Shown here one piece after another: positions 20,531 to 30,136 of a DNA stretch of 64,000 nt; position 1 is the stretch's first letter; every line of letters starts with the position of its first letter. The notes under the pieces are model-generated. The model made no database searches, was not told the DNA's origin, and saw only the letters and a program-made list of their open reading frames with translations. The stretch comes from Candidatus Thorarchaeota archaeon (lineage in GTDB: Archaea; Asgardarchaeota; Thorarchaeia; Thorarchaeales; Thorarchaeaceae). A program made the translations under genes and the position numbers. The DNA is taken from NCBI GenBank assembly GCA_046482545.1, contig JAWOEX010000035.1:173629-237628 (forward strand), read 5' to 3'.

Positions 20531-20726
20531 CATCCGCAACGTCTTTGACCCAACGCCCCGTCAAATCAATTTCAAGCACTTTTTGTAGATAACTATCATA
20601 GGAAATATCCAGCCCCTGTTTCCAGCTATTATATACCCTCTCAAGATTTTCTTTAGCTATCTGATGATATTCGCAAAGATTGCTCTCTTCTGACAAATCT
20701 CGGCCACAAATTATACAACCAGTCAC
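20493..20726 (-). CDS. Small Zn-binding hypothetical protein coupled to topA
   Basis: CIICGR...LCEYH; 4-nt overlap with the topA stop. Confidence 0.65.
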   Translation of the reverse strand: MTGCIICGRDLSEESNLCEYHQIAKENLERVYNSWKQGLDISYDSYLQKVLEIDLTGRWVKDVADAILAGDVVSTPS

Positions 20727-22840
20727 TCATTTTCCTCCTTTTCTTTTTCTGATTTTCTGTCCTTCAAATCCTTCAAGTCTTCTTGTCTTCCTGGACAATC
20801 AGCCCAGTTTACACAGGTTTTCCAAGGATGTCTACCTGAATGGACTCTTATCATTGTATGTCCACAATGAGGACAGACCTCATCTAATGGGGTTATTTCT
20901 CCTTTCTGTGGTAGTGGAAATGTTTGGTCGCAGCCTGTTTTCCTGTAATTGGAACATCCTACGAATCTCTTTCCGCTCTTGCGTGAACGGACTATGACCA
21001 AGGTGCCGTCATCGCAGTTTGGGCATGGTCCCAATTCTCTCTTACGCTTCCAATGCCGCTTCAATCCGCGAACAAGCTCGGCTCCTATGTCCTGTTCCCG
21101 CTCTTTAAATGCTTTCAACAGCTTTGAAAGGGTGTTTTTGGTTTCTTCCAGTACCTCATCCAGTTTCGTCCTTCCTTCCTGTATAGCATTCATCTTATCC
21201 TCAAGCTCTCGCGTCATCTCAACGGAGAGGATTTCTGGAACATGTTCGTTCAAAGTCTCATAAATTGCATATCCAAGCTTTGATAGTTCGAATCGATCAC
21301 CTATTGTGTATCCGCGTGATTTCAAGGAATCTACTATGCTTGCTCGAGTTGCCTTCGTTCCTAAGCCAACTTTCTCTAATTTCTTTACCATACTTGAAGG
21401 ATTATATCTGGCTGGTGGTGAAGTATACCGTTCATCAACATCCACAGAAATGATATCTACAGTACTACCCGCTTCGAAGTCTGGTATTGTTTTTTCATCT
21501 TGTGAAGCATATTCGCCGTAGTAGGCCATCCATCCTGCGTCAAGTGTTCTCAATCCTCTGGCATACAATACATGCTTGTTGCAATGAATATCTGCGCGCA
21601 CACTCTCTCTTACAGCGCTTTTCCCAAATAGGGAAAAGAAACGGCGAATAATAAGATCGTAAATCTTTACTTCACTAGTGGAGAGCGCTTTCTCCGGCCT
21701 CTTTCCTGTAGGATGAATAGCTGGATGGGCAGGATCTTTCTTTTTTCCTTCTCTTGGTTTGAGATTCTTGCTTTTCAAAATTTCTTGAGCAAGCAGGTCA
21801 TACTTTTTCTGCTCTTTAAGGTCCTCAAGTATTTCCTTGACATCAATACTTTCGGGGATTTTCTGACTACTTGTTCGCGGATAGGAAACAAGCGCTCGAA
21901 GATAGAGCCCCTGCGCGATAGCCAAAGTACGACTTGGTTTGAAACCGAAGTGTCTATAGCTCTCGGATTGAAGTCCGCTGAGGTTAAAAGGGACTGGAGG
22001 TTTCCTTTCGAAGGTCCGTTGTTTGAATTCCTCCACCGTTCCTTCCCCACCCATCAAATCATCTTGAATCTTGTTTACCAAATCTTCTCTTCCTATCTGC
22101 TCTTCGGAGTACTCAAGATCAAATTCTTCTCCATTGAATTTTCCTCTTGGAAGTATGACCCAAAATGGCTCTGGGACAAAGAGATTTACTTTTCTATCTC
22201 TATCTGCAGCAAAGGATAAAGTGGGGCCTTGAACCCTTCCAGTGCTAACGATTTTGAACCAGCCTGCAACCTCCTTTATTGCAAGTGTCAACGCTCGAGT
22301 GAGATTGATTCCGTAAAGCCAATCAATTTCGTGTCTCGCAATGCCCGCATCTATCATGGAGAAATCAAGATCTCTTGAAGGATTCTCATATGCATTACGA
22401 AGCTCTTTTTCCGTAAGCGTCGAGAAACGCATACGCTGGGTTTTCTGTGGATCCCCTTCGCAGGCATACTTGAGTACATGGTATCCTATGAGGCTCCCTT
22501 CAATATCCAAGTCAGTAGCAATCAGGAACTTGTCTGCATCTATCGCCGCTTCCTGAATGAGCTCAATCAATGGTTTGCTTCTCTTGTCTTTCTTTTCCAC
22601 CTCATATCTCGGTACCCATTCTGTTTCGAGTCTAGGATATGTCCATCCTTTCTCCGCTTGCTTGAGCTCATATAGGTGTCCCAATGCGTAGACTACACGT
22701 ATTCTTCTCCCCCCTTGCTCAAATTCGAAGTAAGACGGCCACCCCTTCTTAATCTCGCCAAGTTCACCTTCTGTTGCCAAGGCTTGAGATATACGTCTTG
22801 CTGCTTGAGGTTTCTCAGCTATTATTATTGTGGTATTCAG
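20723..22840 (-). CDS. topA: Type IA DNA topoisomerase
   Basis: TOPRIM IIIAEKP (upstream of the track start, after a CTG at 22840), ATDLDIEG, GRVQGP, SYPRT, C-terminal Zn ribbons. Confidence 0.95.
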   Translation of the reverse strand: MNTTIIIAEKPQAARRISQALATEGELGEIKKGWPSYFEFEQGGRRIRVVYALGHLYELKQAEKGWTYPRLETEWVPRYEVEKKDKRSKPLIELIQEAAIDADKFLIATDLDIEGSLIGYHVLKYACEGDPQKTQRMRFSTLTEKELRNAYENPSRDLDFSMIDAGIARHEIDWLYGINLTRALTLAIKEVAGWFKIVSTGRVQGPTLSFAADRDRKVNLFVPEPFWVILPRGKFNGEEFDLEYSEEQIGREDLVNKIQDDLMGGEGTVEEFKQRTFERKPPVPFNLSGLQSESYRHFGFKPSRTLAIAQGLYLRALVSYPRTSSQKIPESIDVKEILEDLKEQKKYDLLAQEILKSKNLKPREGKKKDPAHPAIHPTGKRPEKALSTSEVKIYDLIIRRFFSLFGKSAVRESVRADIHCNKHVLYARGLRTLDAGWMAYYGEYASQDEKTIPDFEAGSTVDIISVDVDERYTSPPARYNPSSMVKKLEKVGLGTKATRASIVDSLKSRGYTIGDRFELSKLGYAIYETLNEHVPEILSVEMTRELEDKMNAIQEGRTKLDEVLEETKNTLSKLLKAFKEREQDIGAELVRGLKRHWKRKRELGPCPNCDDGTLVIVRSRKSGKRFVGCSNYRKTGCDQTFPLPQKGEITPLDEVCPHCGHTMIRVHSGRHPWKTCVNWADCPGRQEDLKDLKDRKSEKEKEENE

Positions 22841-22978
22841 AATGAAGACCCCTTATGTTTCAACCAGATAACAGTTTTCCTCTGGAGCTTAAATATTGAA
22901 CGATAGAATCATGGTACGCTTCTGCATCCCACGATACTCTTAAAAGAGCTTTTTGAAAGCAAACGACTCGAGGTAGCA

Positions 22979-23404
22979 TTGTTGAAGCCTTGGTGGCCTA
23001 AGATTATTGTCAAACCGAGATTGAGACTTGGAAGGCCGCGATTTGGGATGCCCAGTCGACCGCCCGACATCGTAATCTTCGGTGTAGTTTTCCTTGGCCT
23101 TCTCTTCATTCTTGGTGGGAATATCTACACACTTGTAAAAAACCCTCCCGCCATCGCTGGTGGTCAAGATAATCAGCCTATCTTGGTTGCACCGGGCACT
23201 AATCAGCAGCTAGGTATGGAAGGAATCGTAGCATCTTTCGTCATATTCATGGGCACTGTGGGATTGGGACTCATCTACTATGCATCGAAGTATGTATTCA
23301 ATCCCGGATACGCAACCCGATTACTTGTACTTGGAAGTATTCTTGCTGGCCTCGCATTCCTAATATTCGCCTATCTATATGGTGTTAAAACGGGTCAATT
23401 TTAA
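22979..23404 (+). CDS. Oligosaccharyltransferase subunit OSTC/DC2 (OST3/OST6 family) homolog
   Basis: KPRLRL...GGNIYTLVKNPP...QLGMEGIVASF; 3 TMs; matches the OSTC pattern GGIIYDVIVEPP...QYIMEGLASSF. Confidence 0.75.
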   Translation: MLKPWWPKIIVKPRLRLGRPRFGMPSRPPDIVIFGVVFLGLLFILGGNIYTLVKNPPAIAGGQDNQPILVAPGTNQQLGMEGIVASFVIFMGTVGLGLIYYASKYVFNPGYATRLLVLGSILAGLAFLIFAYLYGVKTGQF

Positions 23405-23447
23405 CATCCTGTATCTTCCAGAAGAGATTCAGGTCTAGCGTCCGCTT

Positions 23448-24161
23448 CTAATCGAATAGTATATACTCGGTGTCATCCTGTTGCCGAAGTTCGTTGATTA
23501 GCCGCTTTGCAATATCAAGCTTGGCTTGCTTCATGGTGTTCGCCTTGAAATGATGATCCTCATTTGGCTTAGACCATCTGCCCACGATACTCCCGAAGTC
23601 CATTCCAGCTAAGATGATTTTCCTAGGGTTGTAGTGTGATGCAATGAAACAAGCTCTATCTCCATCAGTAAATCCGCCCCAAAGGAATACTCTGCTTGTT
23701 GGCTTCACTTGTGTGCTACCCAATACTGGCAACATCTCTGGCACCACCCTCTTCAAAATCGGTATATTGTCACCATGCCCATGAACTATCGTTAGAGCAC
23801 CTTTTCGATTCATTGTAACCAAATCGTTCCTATCTCCATCCAAGTCTGTGACAATAATATCACACATCTGTTCCAATTCAAGGAATGCAGAGGTAGCTCC
23901 GTCTGCAGCAACAAAGACAGATTGAGACATTCTTGGGTCTCTGATTATCTCCTGCAGATGCCTGTCTAGTGATGGACCCCCGCCACATACAACGACATCG
24001 TTCTCTTCAATGAGGGACTCCAATCTGTTTAGCAAAGGTCGAGGATTTGTATTAATGAGAAGATGATGTAACACCTCAGTTGCTGTTCGGTCTGATTCTG
24101 TATCGAGGTCAAGCTTGGTCGCGATTTTCTCATAGTACGGTTCCCATGTCTCCCATTTCAA
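23448..24161 (-). CDS. mptE: 6-hydroxymethyl-7,8-dihydropterin pyrophosphokinase
   Basis: GGGPSL, AADGA, VTDLDG, HGHGDN, GGFTDGDRA. Confidence 0.88.
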   Translation of the reverse strand: MKWETWEPYYEKIATKLDLDTESDRTATEVLHHLLINTNPRPLLNRLESLIEENDVVVCGGGPSLDRHLQEIIRDPRMSQSVFVAADGATSAFLELEQMCDIIVTDLDGDRNDLVTMNRKGALTIVHGHGDNIPILKRVVPEMLPVLGSTQVKPTSRVFLWGGFTDGDRACFIASHYNPRKIILAGMDFGSIVGRWSKPNEDHHFKANTMKQAKLDIAKRLINELRQQDDTEYILFD

Positions 24162-24209
24162 GAACCAGTCACCTTTCTCCTGTGCTGCTTTTTCATTATT
24201 TCCTATGGA

Positions 24210-25043
24210 CTAGTCGGCATCCTTTACCGCGAGTCCGACTTGGCTGGCTATCACAGCTTCGTTGACATCATGCGCACGAATAATGTCTGCACCTTTGTTA
24301 ACAGCTATCGCGGTGGCAGCTATAGTGCCTGTAAGCCTATTGCTCGGCTCAGGTTGATTGAGTAACTCTCCTAGAAATGCCTTTCGAGAGATACCAACCA
24401 ATACGGGTTGTTCCATCTCTAGAAACAGACGCAGGTTTTTGATGATTGCAAAATCCACACGAGCTGGTTTTCCGAAGCCTATTCCTGGATCGAGTATGAT
24501 TTGATTACGGCTTATCCCCGCATCTGCAGCTATATCGAGACTTTTTCTCAGAGATTTGATTGACATATTGACATCAGTACAAACCCCTTTGCAGTGCGCC
24601 ATTATTACTACCGGAACTTCATATTCAGCTACTAACGAGGCCATTCTATCATCCCGCTTAAGCCCCGAAATATCGTTCACTAGGGATGCCCCCTTTTCCA
24701 AGGCTAGCTCCGCAACAGACGAGGAAGTGGTATCAACAGAAATTGGCAAATCGGTACATGAATTGATTATCTCCATAGCATGTCCGATTCGATGTATCTC
24801 CTCCTCAATTGATACCTGCTTCGTTCCGTAGATGACTTTGGGAGCGCTAGACGCTCCTCCAACATCTATAATATTGGCTCCCTCCGTTTCCATAGACTCG
24901 ATCATGGAAACAATCTCGTTTTCTTCTGATGCAACTGAGTTATCGTAGAATGATTCAGGAGAAGCATTTAGGACTCCCATTATTAAGACGGTCTGACAAT
25001 TCCCTATCTTCATATCTTCCAACTGAACAATACACTTCTCCAA
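24210..25043 (-). CDS. folP: Dihydropteroate synthase
   Basis: MGVLNASPESF, ISVDT, NDISG, DPGIGFGK, SRKAF, RAHDV. Confidence 0.92.
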   Translation of the reverse strand: MEKCIVQLEDMKIGNCQTVLIMGVLNASPESFYDNSVASEENEIVSMIESMETEGANIIDVGGASSAPKVIYGTKQVSIEEEIHRIGHAMEIINSCTDLPISVDTTSSSVAELALEKGASLVNDISGLKRDDRMASLVAEYEVPVVIMAHCKGVCTDVNMSIKSLRKSLDIAADAGISRNQIILDPGIGFGKPARVDFAIIKNLRLFLEMEQPVLVGISRKAFLGELLNQPEPSNRLTGTIAATAIAVNKGADIIRAHDVNEAVIASQVGLAVKDAD

Positions 25044-25127
25044 GATGATTTCGACCCAGCGAAATTGTCAAAAAGAAGAAAATAAAACCTACCGAATGAA
25101 AGTAACGCCCGAAGCTGATGATGAAAC

Positions 25128-26261
25128 ATGAATGACAGTCTTAAGCGCACACATCTGTATAACTGGCACGCATTCAATGGTAATATTGTTCCTTTCGCTG
25201 GCTGGGAAATGCCTGTCCGCTATTCGTCTATCCGTGAAGAGCATATGGCTGTCCGAGAAGGAGTCGGTGTCTTTGACACATCGCATATGTATCGCTTTCA
25301 CATTAAAGGAACAGAAGCTGCAGAATTCTTGCAGCGACTTACGACTAATAATGTTTCCAAGTTGAAAGTGAATAAAGGGCAATACAGTACTTGCCTTAAC
25401 CCACAAGGCGGCACGCATGATGATCTCATGTTGTATAGAATTGAGGAAGATCAATACATCTGGATTACTAATGCAGCCAATGGTCCAAAGATTTGGAATC
25501 ATCTGAAGAAGCACTCAGGCGCCTACGAAGTTAATGTAGAAGACAAATCCCACGAAATCGTGATGATTGCTGTCCAAGGGCCGAAGGCTCTCACCTTGCT
25601 GAACAGATTGACAGAGGCTGATGTAACCGAGACATCGCGTTTCAGCTGCAATCCCATTGAGATGTTGGGCCATCACACGCATCTATGTCGTACGGGATAT
25701 ACGGGAGAGGATGGTGGCGAGATTCTTCTACTGGATACCCCCTATAATGAGGAGGGGAAGAAGAAGGCAATATCATTTTGGGAAGAGATTCTCGCGGAAG
25801 GGCAAGAGTTTGGAATCAAACCATGTGGACTTGGTGCGCGTAATTCCACCAGACTAGAAGCAGGTTTTGTGCTGTATGGTCACGAACTCGACGAAGAGAC
25901 CACCCCTCTTGAGGCTCGGATTCCTTTCGCTGTGAAATTCAAAGTATCTCCACATTACATTGGATATGATGCTCTAAAGAAACAGAAGAAATCGGGTGTG
26001 GATAAGACACGAATTGGTCTTGCTATGACTGAACCTGGTATTCCGCGGCAAGGATATAGAATTTTTCATAATGACAAGGAAATTGGACACGTTACGAGTG
26101 GAATACCTTCACCCGTTCTGGACAAGGGGATTGGCATGGCATATGTCAGTGCCAAATCCGTGAAAAAAGGCGATATAGTACATGTCGATATACACAATCG
26201 TCTCAGGGAGGCAAAGGTTGTTTCTTGGCCTTTCTATGATACTGATAAGTACGGCATGTGA
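25128..26261 (+). CDS. gcvT: Glycine cleavage system T protein
   Basis: FAGWEMP, FDTSHM, RTGYTGEDG, GLGAR..RLEAG. Confidence 0.95.
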   Translation: MNDSLKRTHLYNWHAFNGNIVPFAGWEMPVRYSSIREEHMAVREGVGVFDTSHMYRFHIKGTEAAEFLQRLTTNNVSKLKVNKGQYSTCLNPQGGTHDDLMLYRIEEDQYIWITNAANGPKIWNHLKKHSGAYEVNVEDKSHEIVMIAVQGPKALTLLNRLTEADVTETSRFSCNPIEMLGHHTHLCRTGYTGEDGGEILLLDTPYNEEGKKKAISFWEEILAEGQEFGIKPCGLGARNSTRLEAGFVLYGHELDEETTPLEARIPFAVKFKVSPHYIGYDALKKQKKSGVDKTRIGLAMTEPGIPRQGYRIFHNDKEIGHVTSGIPSPVLDKGIGMAYVSAKSVKKGDIVHVDIHNRLREAKVVSWPFYDTDKYGM

Positions 26262-26328
26262 GGAAGTCGTAATATATGACAACTGTCATATAGTTGTCAT
26301 TTGTCAACTATAAAGTGGTGGACTAAAA

Positions 26329-26727
26329 ATGAGCGAAGACACCGAAGTAAAAGATGGGCTATATTATTCTGAAGAACATGAATGGGCCTTGATTGAAGAC
26401 GAAACCGTTACCATCGGCATAACAGATTATGCCCAAAACTCGCTACACGAAATTACTTTCGTCGAAATTTCAGGTTTAGGAGACGAAATCAACGCTGGTG
26501 ATGAATGTGGCTTTGTTGAGTCAATGAAAGCCTCTTCCGAGATTTATTCACCCTTGAGTGGAGAAATCGTTGATATCAACGATGATTTGGAGGACGCTCC
26601 CGAACTACTGAATGAGGATCCGTATGGGGAAGGCTGGTTGTTCAAACTTAAAGCATCTGCTCTCGATGACGAGCTAAACGATCTGATGGATGCTCAGGCT
26701 TACGCAGAATATATAGACTCTCTATAG
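26329..26727 (+). CDS. gcvH: Glycine cleavage system H protein
   Basis: HEW, GITDYAQ, VESMKA (lipoyl Lys), DPYGEGW. Confidence 0.95.
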   Translation: MSEDTEVKDGLYYSEEHEWALIEDETVTIGITDYAQNSLHEITFVEISGLGDEINAGDECGFVESMKASSEIYSPLSGEIVDINDDLEDAPELLNEDPYGEGWLFKLKASALDDELNDLMDAQAYAEYIDSL

Positions 26728-26745
26728 CAGACAAAATATCGAGCT

Positions 26746-26781
26746 GGAATGGAGAATTCTCCTTCCATTCCTTCTCGTTTT
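26746..26781 (+). terminator. Hairpin plus pyrimidine tract after gcvH
   Basis: GGAATGGA...TCCATTCC followed by TTCTCGTTTT. Confidence 0.45.
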
Positions 26782-26996
26782 ATGTATTGATATATCACAA
26801 CTATAGTGTTCTCAATCAACCTATGCAATGATTGAATTGCCAAATTCCATCTTGTTCGAATGAACTGGGAATACTACTTCTCATTCTTGTTTATCACTAA
26901 ATCCACAACGTACAACCGTAGAACTAACAGCAACCTTTTTAGCAGACCAAAGATTTTCTCGCTTGAATCCGAGGCACAAAGGAGACAGTATATTTC

Positions 26997-29774
26997 ATGT
27001 CACGATTTAGTAGATTCAAACGGTCTGCTGAGAGATTCTTTGGGAAAGCTTTCCATAAGCCTAGGGCAGAAATTAACCGTGGCTCAGTTATGTTGATTGC
27101 TTCTTTGGCCCTCATTTTCTTTGCTGCACTAGGAGTACGTTTGGCGCCTCTCATTGATGCTCAGCCTTTGGTTCGCGCTTTCGATCCTTGGTTCCAACTT
27201 CGGGTGACTGAATATATTACCGATCAGGGATTTGGAGCTTTCTTCAGCTGGTATGATGAATCAACATGGGTTCCATACGGTCGTAACATGACTGAGACAA
27301 GCTACATCGGTGTTCCATTTACTAGTGCTTTCTTCTATATGCTGATGAATAACTTGGGACTTAGTATCAGTATCAAATATGTTTCACTGATTATGCCTGC
27401 TTTTATGGGCGCGCTCACTACAATTGTCGCCTTTTTCCTTGGAAAAGAAATTTCGAATAATACCGTTGGTCTACTTAGTTCATTATTCATGGCTTTCATG
27501 CCCGCATTTATTCAGAGAACTGTTGCAGGTTTCTATGACAACGAATGTATTGGTGTATTTGCTATTGTCTTAGGTCTCTATTTCTTTACTAGGTCTATTA
27601 GGAGAGACTCTCTATCTTCAGGTGTACTCGCTGGTCTTTCTTTGGCCTATTTACGAGCATCTTGGGGGGCAGGAGATTTTCTATTAGTCCTATTTGCCTT
27701 GTATGCCTTTACAATGCTGCTCTTTGGAAGGTATAGTAAAAGGCTCCTTTCCTCCTATGTAATCACCATCTCTTTGGGGCTTTTTGTGAGTGGTCTTGTA
27801 CCTAGAATTGGATTTGGTAACCTCACTTCCTTTTCTCTCCTTGTTCCCATTGGTGTAGCATTTCTACTTGTTGGATACGAAATATGGCTAAGAATTGGGG
27901 CCTATCGGAGAGCAACAGCTGAGCTTCTTGCCCCTCACATGCGTTCGATTGGGTTGGGTCTGCTCACTTCAGTTGTCGCTGTAGCAAGCTACTTCATCTA
28001 CGCAGGGGAGAGAGCTCTAACAATTACTCCATACAACACGAACCCTGTCATTAGACTCGGTGGCAAATTCATTACAGCCATTAATCCCTTCTATCGTTTA
28101 GATGAACGGATTTTCGCGTCCGTTGCTGAACATCTTCCTAGCCCCTGGAGTAGTTTCTATCAGACCCTTTCTGTCCTAATTTTCTTCTTTCCATTGGGAA
28201 TGTATTTTGCTTTCAAAAGAGGGAAAGACGAGGATTGGCTTATCCTCCTGTATGGGCTTGCTTCAGTGTATTTTGCAGGAAGTATGATTCGCCTTTCACT
28301 GATCCTTGCGCCGGGTGTTGCGGTACTTTCTGCAATTGCAATCAACAGAGTACTTTCTCCCTTCGCTAGAATCGTAACTGAAAAGACAGTTTTCGAGAGA
28401 CGCCGGTTTAGGATGAGCAAGTCGCTCACATCTGAACATGCTCTCGCCGCTTATGCATTTGTTGGGCTTCTCCTCGGTGTCAATTTGATTCTCGGTGTGC
28501 AATATGCGACTAACCAAATCCAAAATCCTGAGTTTGCGCGTTCGCCATTGTCTGAGGAAAATCAACAGACCGACTGGCAAACTGCGATGACATACGTGAG
28601 GAATGTACTACCAGATGATGCAATTGTTGCAAGCTGGTGGGACTATGGCTATTGGTTGAATGGAGCAGGAGGCACGCAGACCATCGTTGATAATGCGACA
28701 TGGAACAGCACACAAATTGCAAAAATGGGATATGCATTGATGGCACTTAATCTGACAGAGTCACTACGCACATTCAAAGCTTGGAATGCCTCCCATGTAG
28801 TGGTTAACTGGGGTCACGGTATTCAGGGTTTAGGTGGAGATGAAGGAAAGTGGCCATGGATGGTCAGGATTGCTGAAGACAAGCTTGGCACCGCCGTCAT
28901 AGATGATGAGACCTATCTGGGTGATGATCCTTCAACCCCAGATACTGAAGAAAGCGAAGCTACGCTTGAGCCATTCTATTCTTCAACACTATTCAAGCTG
29001 CTTAGCTACGGCGAACCCGCGTCTGCTCAAGCTGCTCAGCAACAAGCTCAGCAAGGGACCTTGCCCCAAGGACGTGCGAGCATCGATGCAAGCGATGGAT
29101 CCTACGCCAATGATGAAAAGTGGACTTCTCATATGCCAGTGAATCTGCATGGTGCATTCAAACCTCCGTATTACAGTTCACCATATGGTATTGTCAAGAT
29201 ATACGAGATCGACTATACGATGTACTACCAGTGGCTCAACCGTAGCAATGCTGACTGGGTGCTAGACAAGAATACGCTCTCTGGAGTATCCATGGATGGG
29301 AGTCTTTCTGGTGCTGAAGAGGGCTTTAGCAAGTTCGATATTGTATTCGGTGGTGGATACAATGCATCAGTGTATTCCGCTGCAAATTCAACCCATGTGT
29401 ACTATGGCATCAAAATGAACAACTATACAAATACGGAGGACGCAATCGGGTTCCAAATTGCTCCGGTTGATAATCCTGGAGAGGCTGATATCCGGGTAGC
29501 AAACTTCAGTGGTCAAGAATACTATGATGGAAATGTAGGCTATAATGGAGAATGGGCAGAAGACTCCAGCGGTAGTAACTCAACCGAACTCGCTGGTGGA
29601 GCCAATTTCACCGAGTTCCTACTCCCATTGGATAGCGGAGACTCACAGGATACAATCATGTCTCCTGGAATGAACTACCAAATCCGTTTCATGTTCTGGA
29701 ACAACATCCGGAGCGGCGAACCAACATTTACTTCCGATTGGAAGAGCTTCTGGGTTCCAATTGAACTCTACTAG
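26997..29774 (+). CDS. aglB: Oligosaccharyltransferase STT3/AglB with extra C-terminal beta-rich domain
   Basis: FDPWF, FYDNE, SVAEH, SWWDYG, DNATWN, DEGKWPWMVRI. Confidence 0.95.
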   Translation: MSRFSRFKRSAERFFGKAFHKPRAEINRGSVMLIASLALIFFAALGVRLAPLIDAQPLVRAFDPWFQLRVTEYITDQGFGAFFSWYDESTWVPYGRNMTETSYIGVPFTSAFFYMLMNNLGLSISIKYVSLIMPAFMGALTTIVAFFLGKEISNNTVGLLSSLFMAFMPAFIQRTVAGFYDNECIGVFAIVLGLYFFTRSIRRDSLSSGVLAGLSLAYLRASWGAGDFLLVLFALYAFTMLLFGRYSKRLLSSYVITISLGLFVSGLVPRIGFGNLTSFSLLVPIGVAFLLVGYEIWLRIGAYRRATAELLAPHMRSIGLGLLTSVVAVASYFIYAGERALTITPYNTNPVIRLGGKFITAINPFYRLDERIFASVAEHLPSPWSSFYQTLSVLIFFFPLGMYFAFKRGKDEDWLILLYGLASVYFAGSMIRLSLILAPGVAVLSAIAINRVLSPFARIVTEKTVFERRRFRMSKSLTSEHALAAYAFVGLLLGVNLILGVQYATNQIQNPEFARSPLSEENQQTDWQTAMTYVRNVLPDDAIVASWWDYGYWLNGAGGTQTIVDNATWNSTQIAKMGYALMALNLTESLRTFKAWNASHVVVNWGHGIQGLGGDEGKWPWMVRIAEDKLGTAVIDDETYLGDDPSTPDTEESEATLEPFYSSTLFKLLSYGEPASAQAAQQQAQQGTLPQGRASIDASDGSYANDEKWTSHMPVNLHGAFKPPYYSSPYGIVKIYEIDYTMYYQWLNRSNADWVLDKNTLSGVSMDGSLSGAEEGFSKFDIVFGGGYNASVYSAANSTHVYYGIKMNNYTNTEDAIGFQIAPVDNPGEADIRVANFSGQEYYDGNVGYNGEWAEDSSGSNSTELAGGANFTEFLLPLDSGDSQDTIMSPGMNYQIRFMFWNNIRSGEPTFTSDWKSFWVPIELY

Positions 29775-29953
29775 GGTCACTGGTCTATCCAGAGAACTTC
29801 AGTACATGCTTTAAAATAGGGATGTCAGAAAGCCAGTAAATCCATATTGGTTTACAATTGGATAGCGATTTGCTGACATCTTTGACACTTTTTTTTAATC
29901 TCATACTGCCTGACTGGACAAGTCAAAACGGCAAAAAGAATTGTTTGAACAAT

Positions 29954-30127
29954 TCACTTCAAATCTGGTCTGCTCTTCCGCTTTGCTACTCGCCGATATT
30001 CGCCGTACTTGTCTTGTGGAGAATACCTTGCAGGATGTGGATTCCCTACTTCTCCCTCACACTCAGGGCAGGTTTCGTCGTTGAGTGTATATCTGCCACA
30101 TTTTGTGCATCTGAAAAGACGAGTCAT
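29954..30127 (-). CDS. nop10: H/ACA RNP protein Nop10
   Basis: Hand translation MTRLFRCTKCGRYTL...CPEC...PHPARYSPQDKYGEYR; follows aIF2a; not in the ORF track. Confidence 0.93.
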   Translation of the reverse strand: MTRLFRCTKCGRYTLNDETCPECEGEVGNPHPARYSPQDKYGEYRRVAKRKSRPDLK

Positions 30128-30136
30128 AATTAACTC

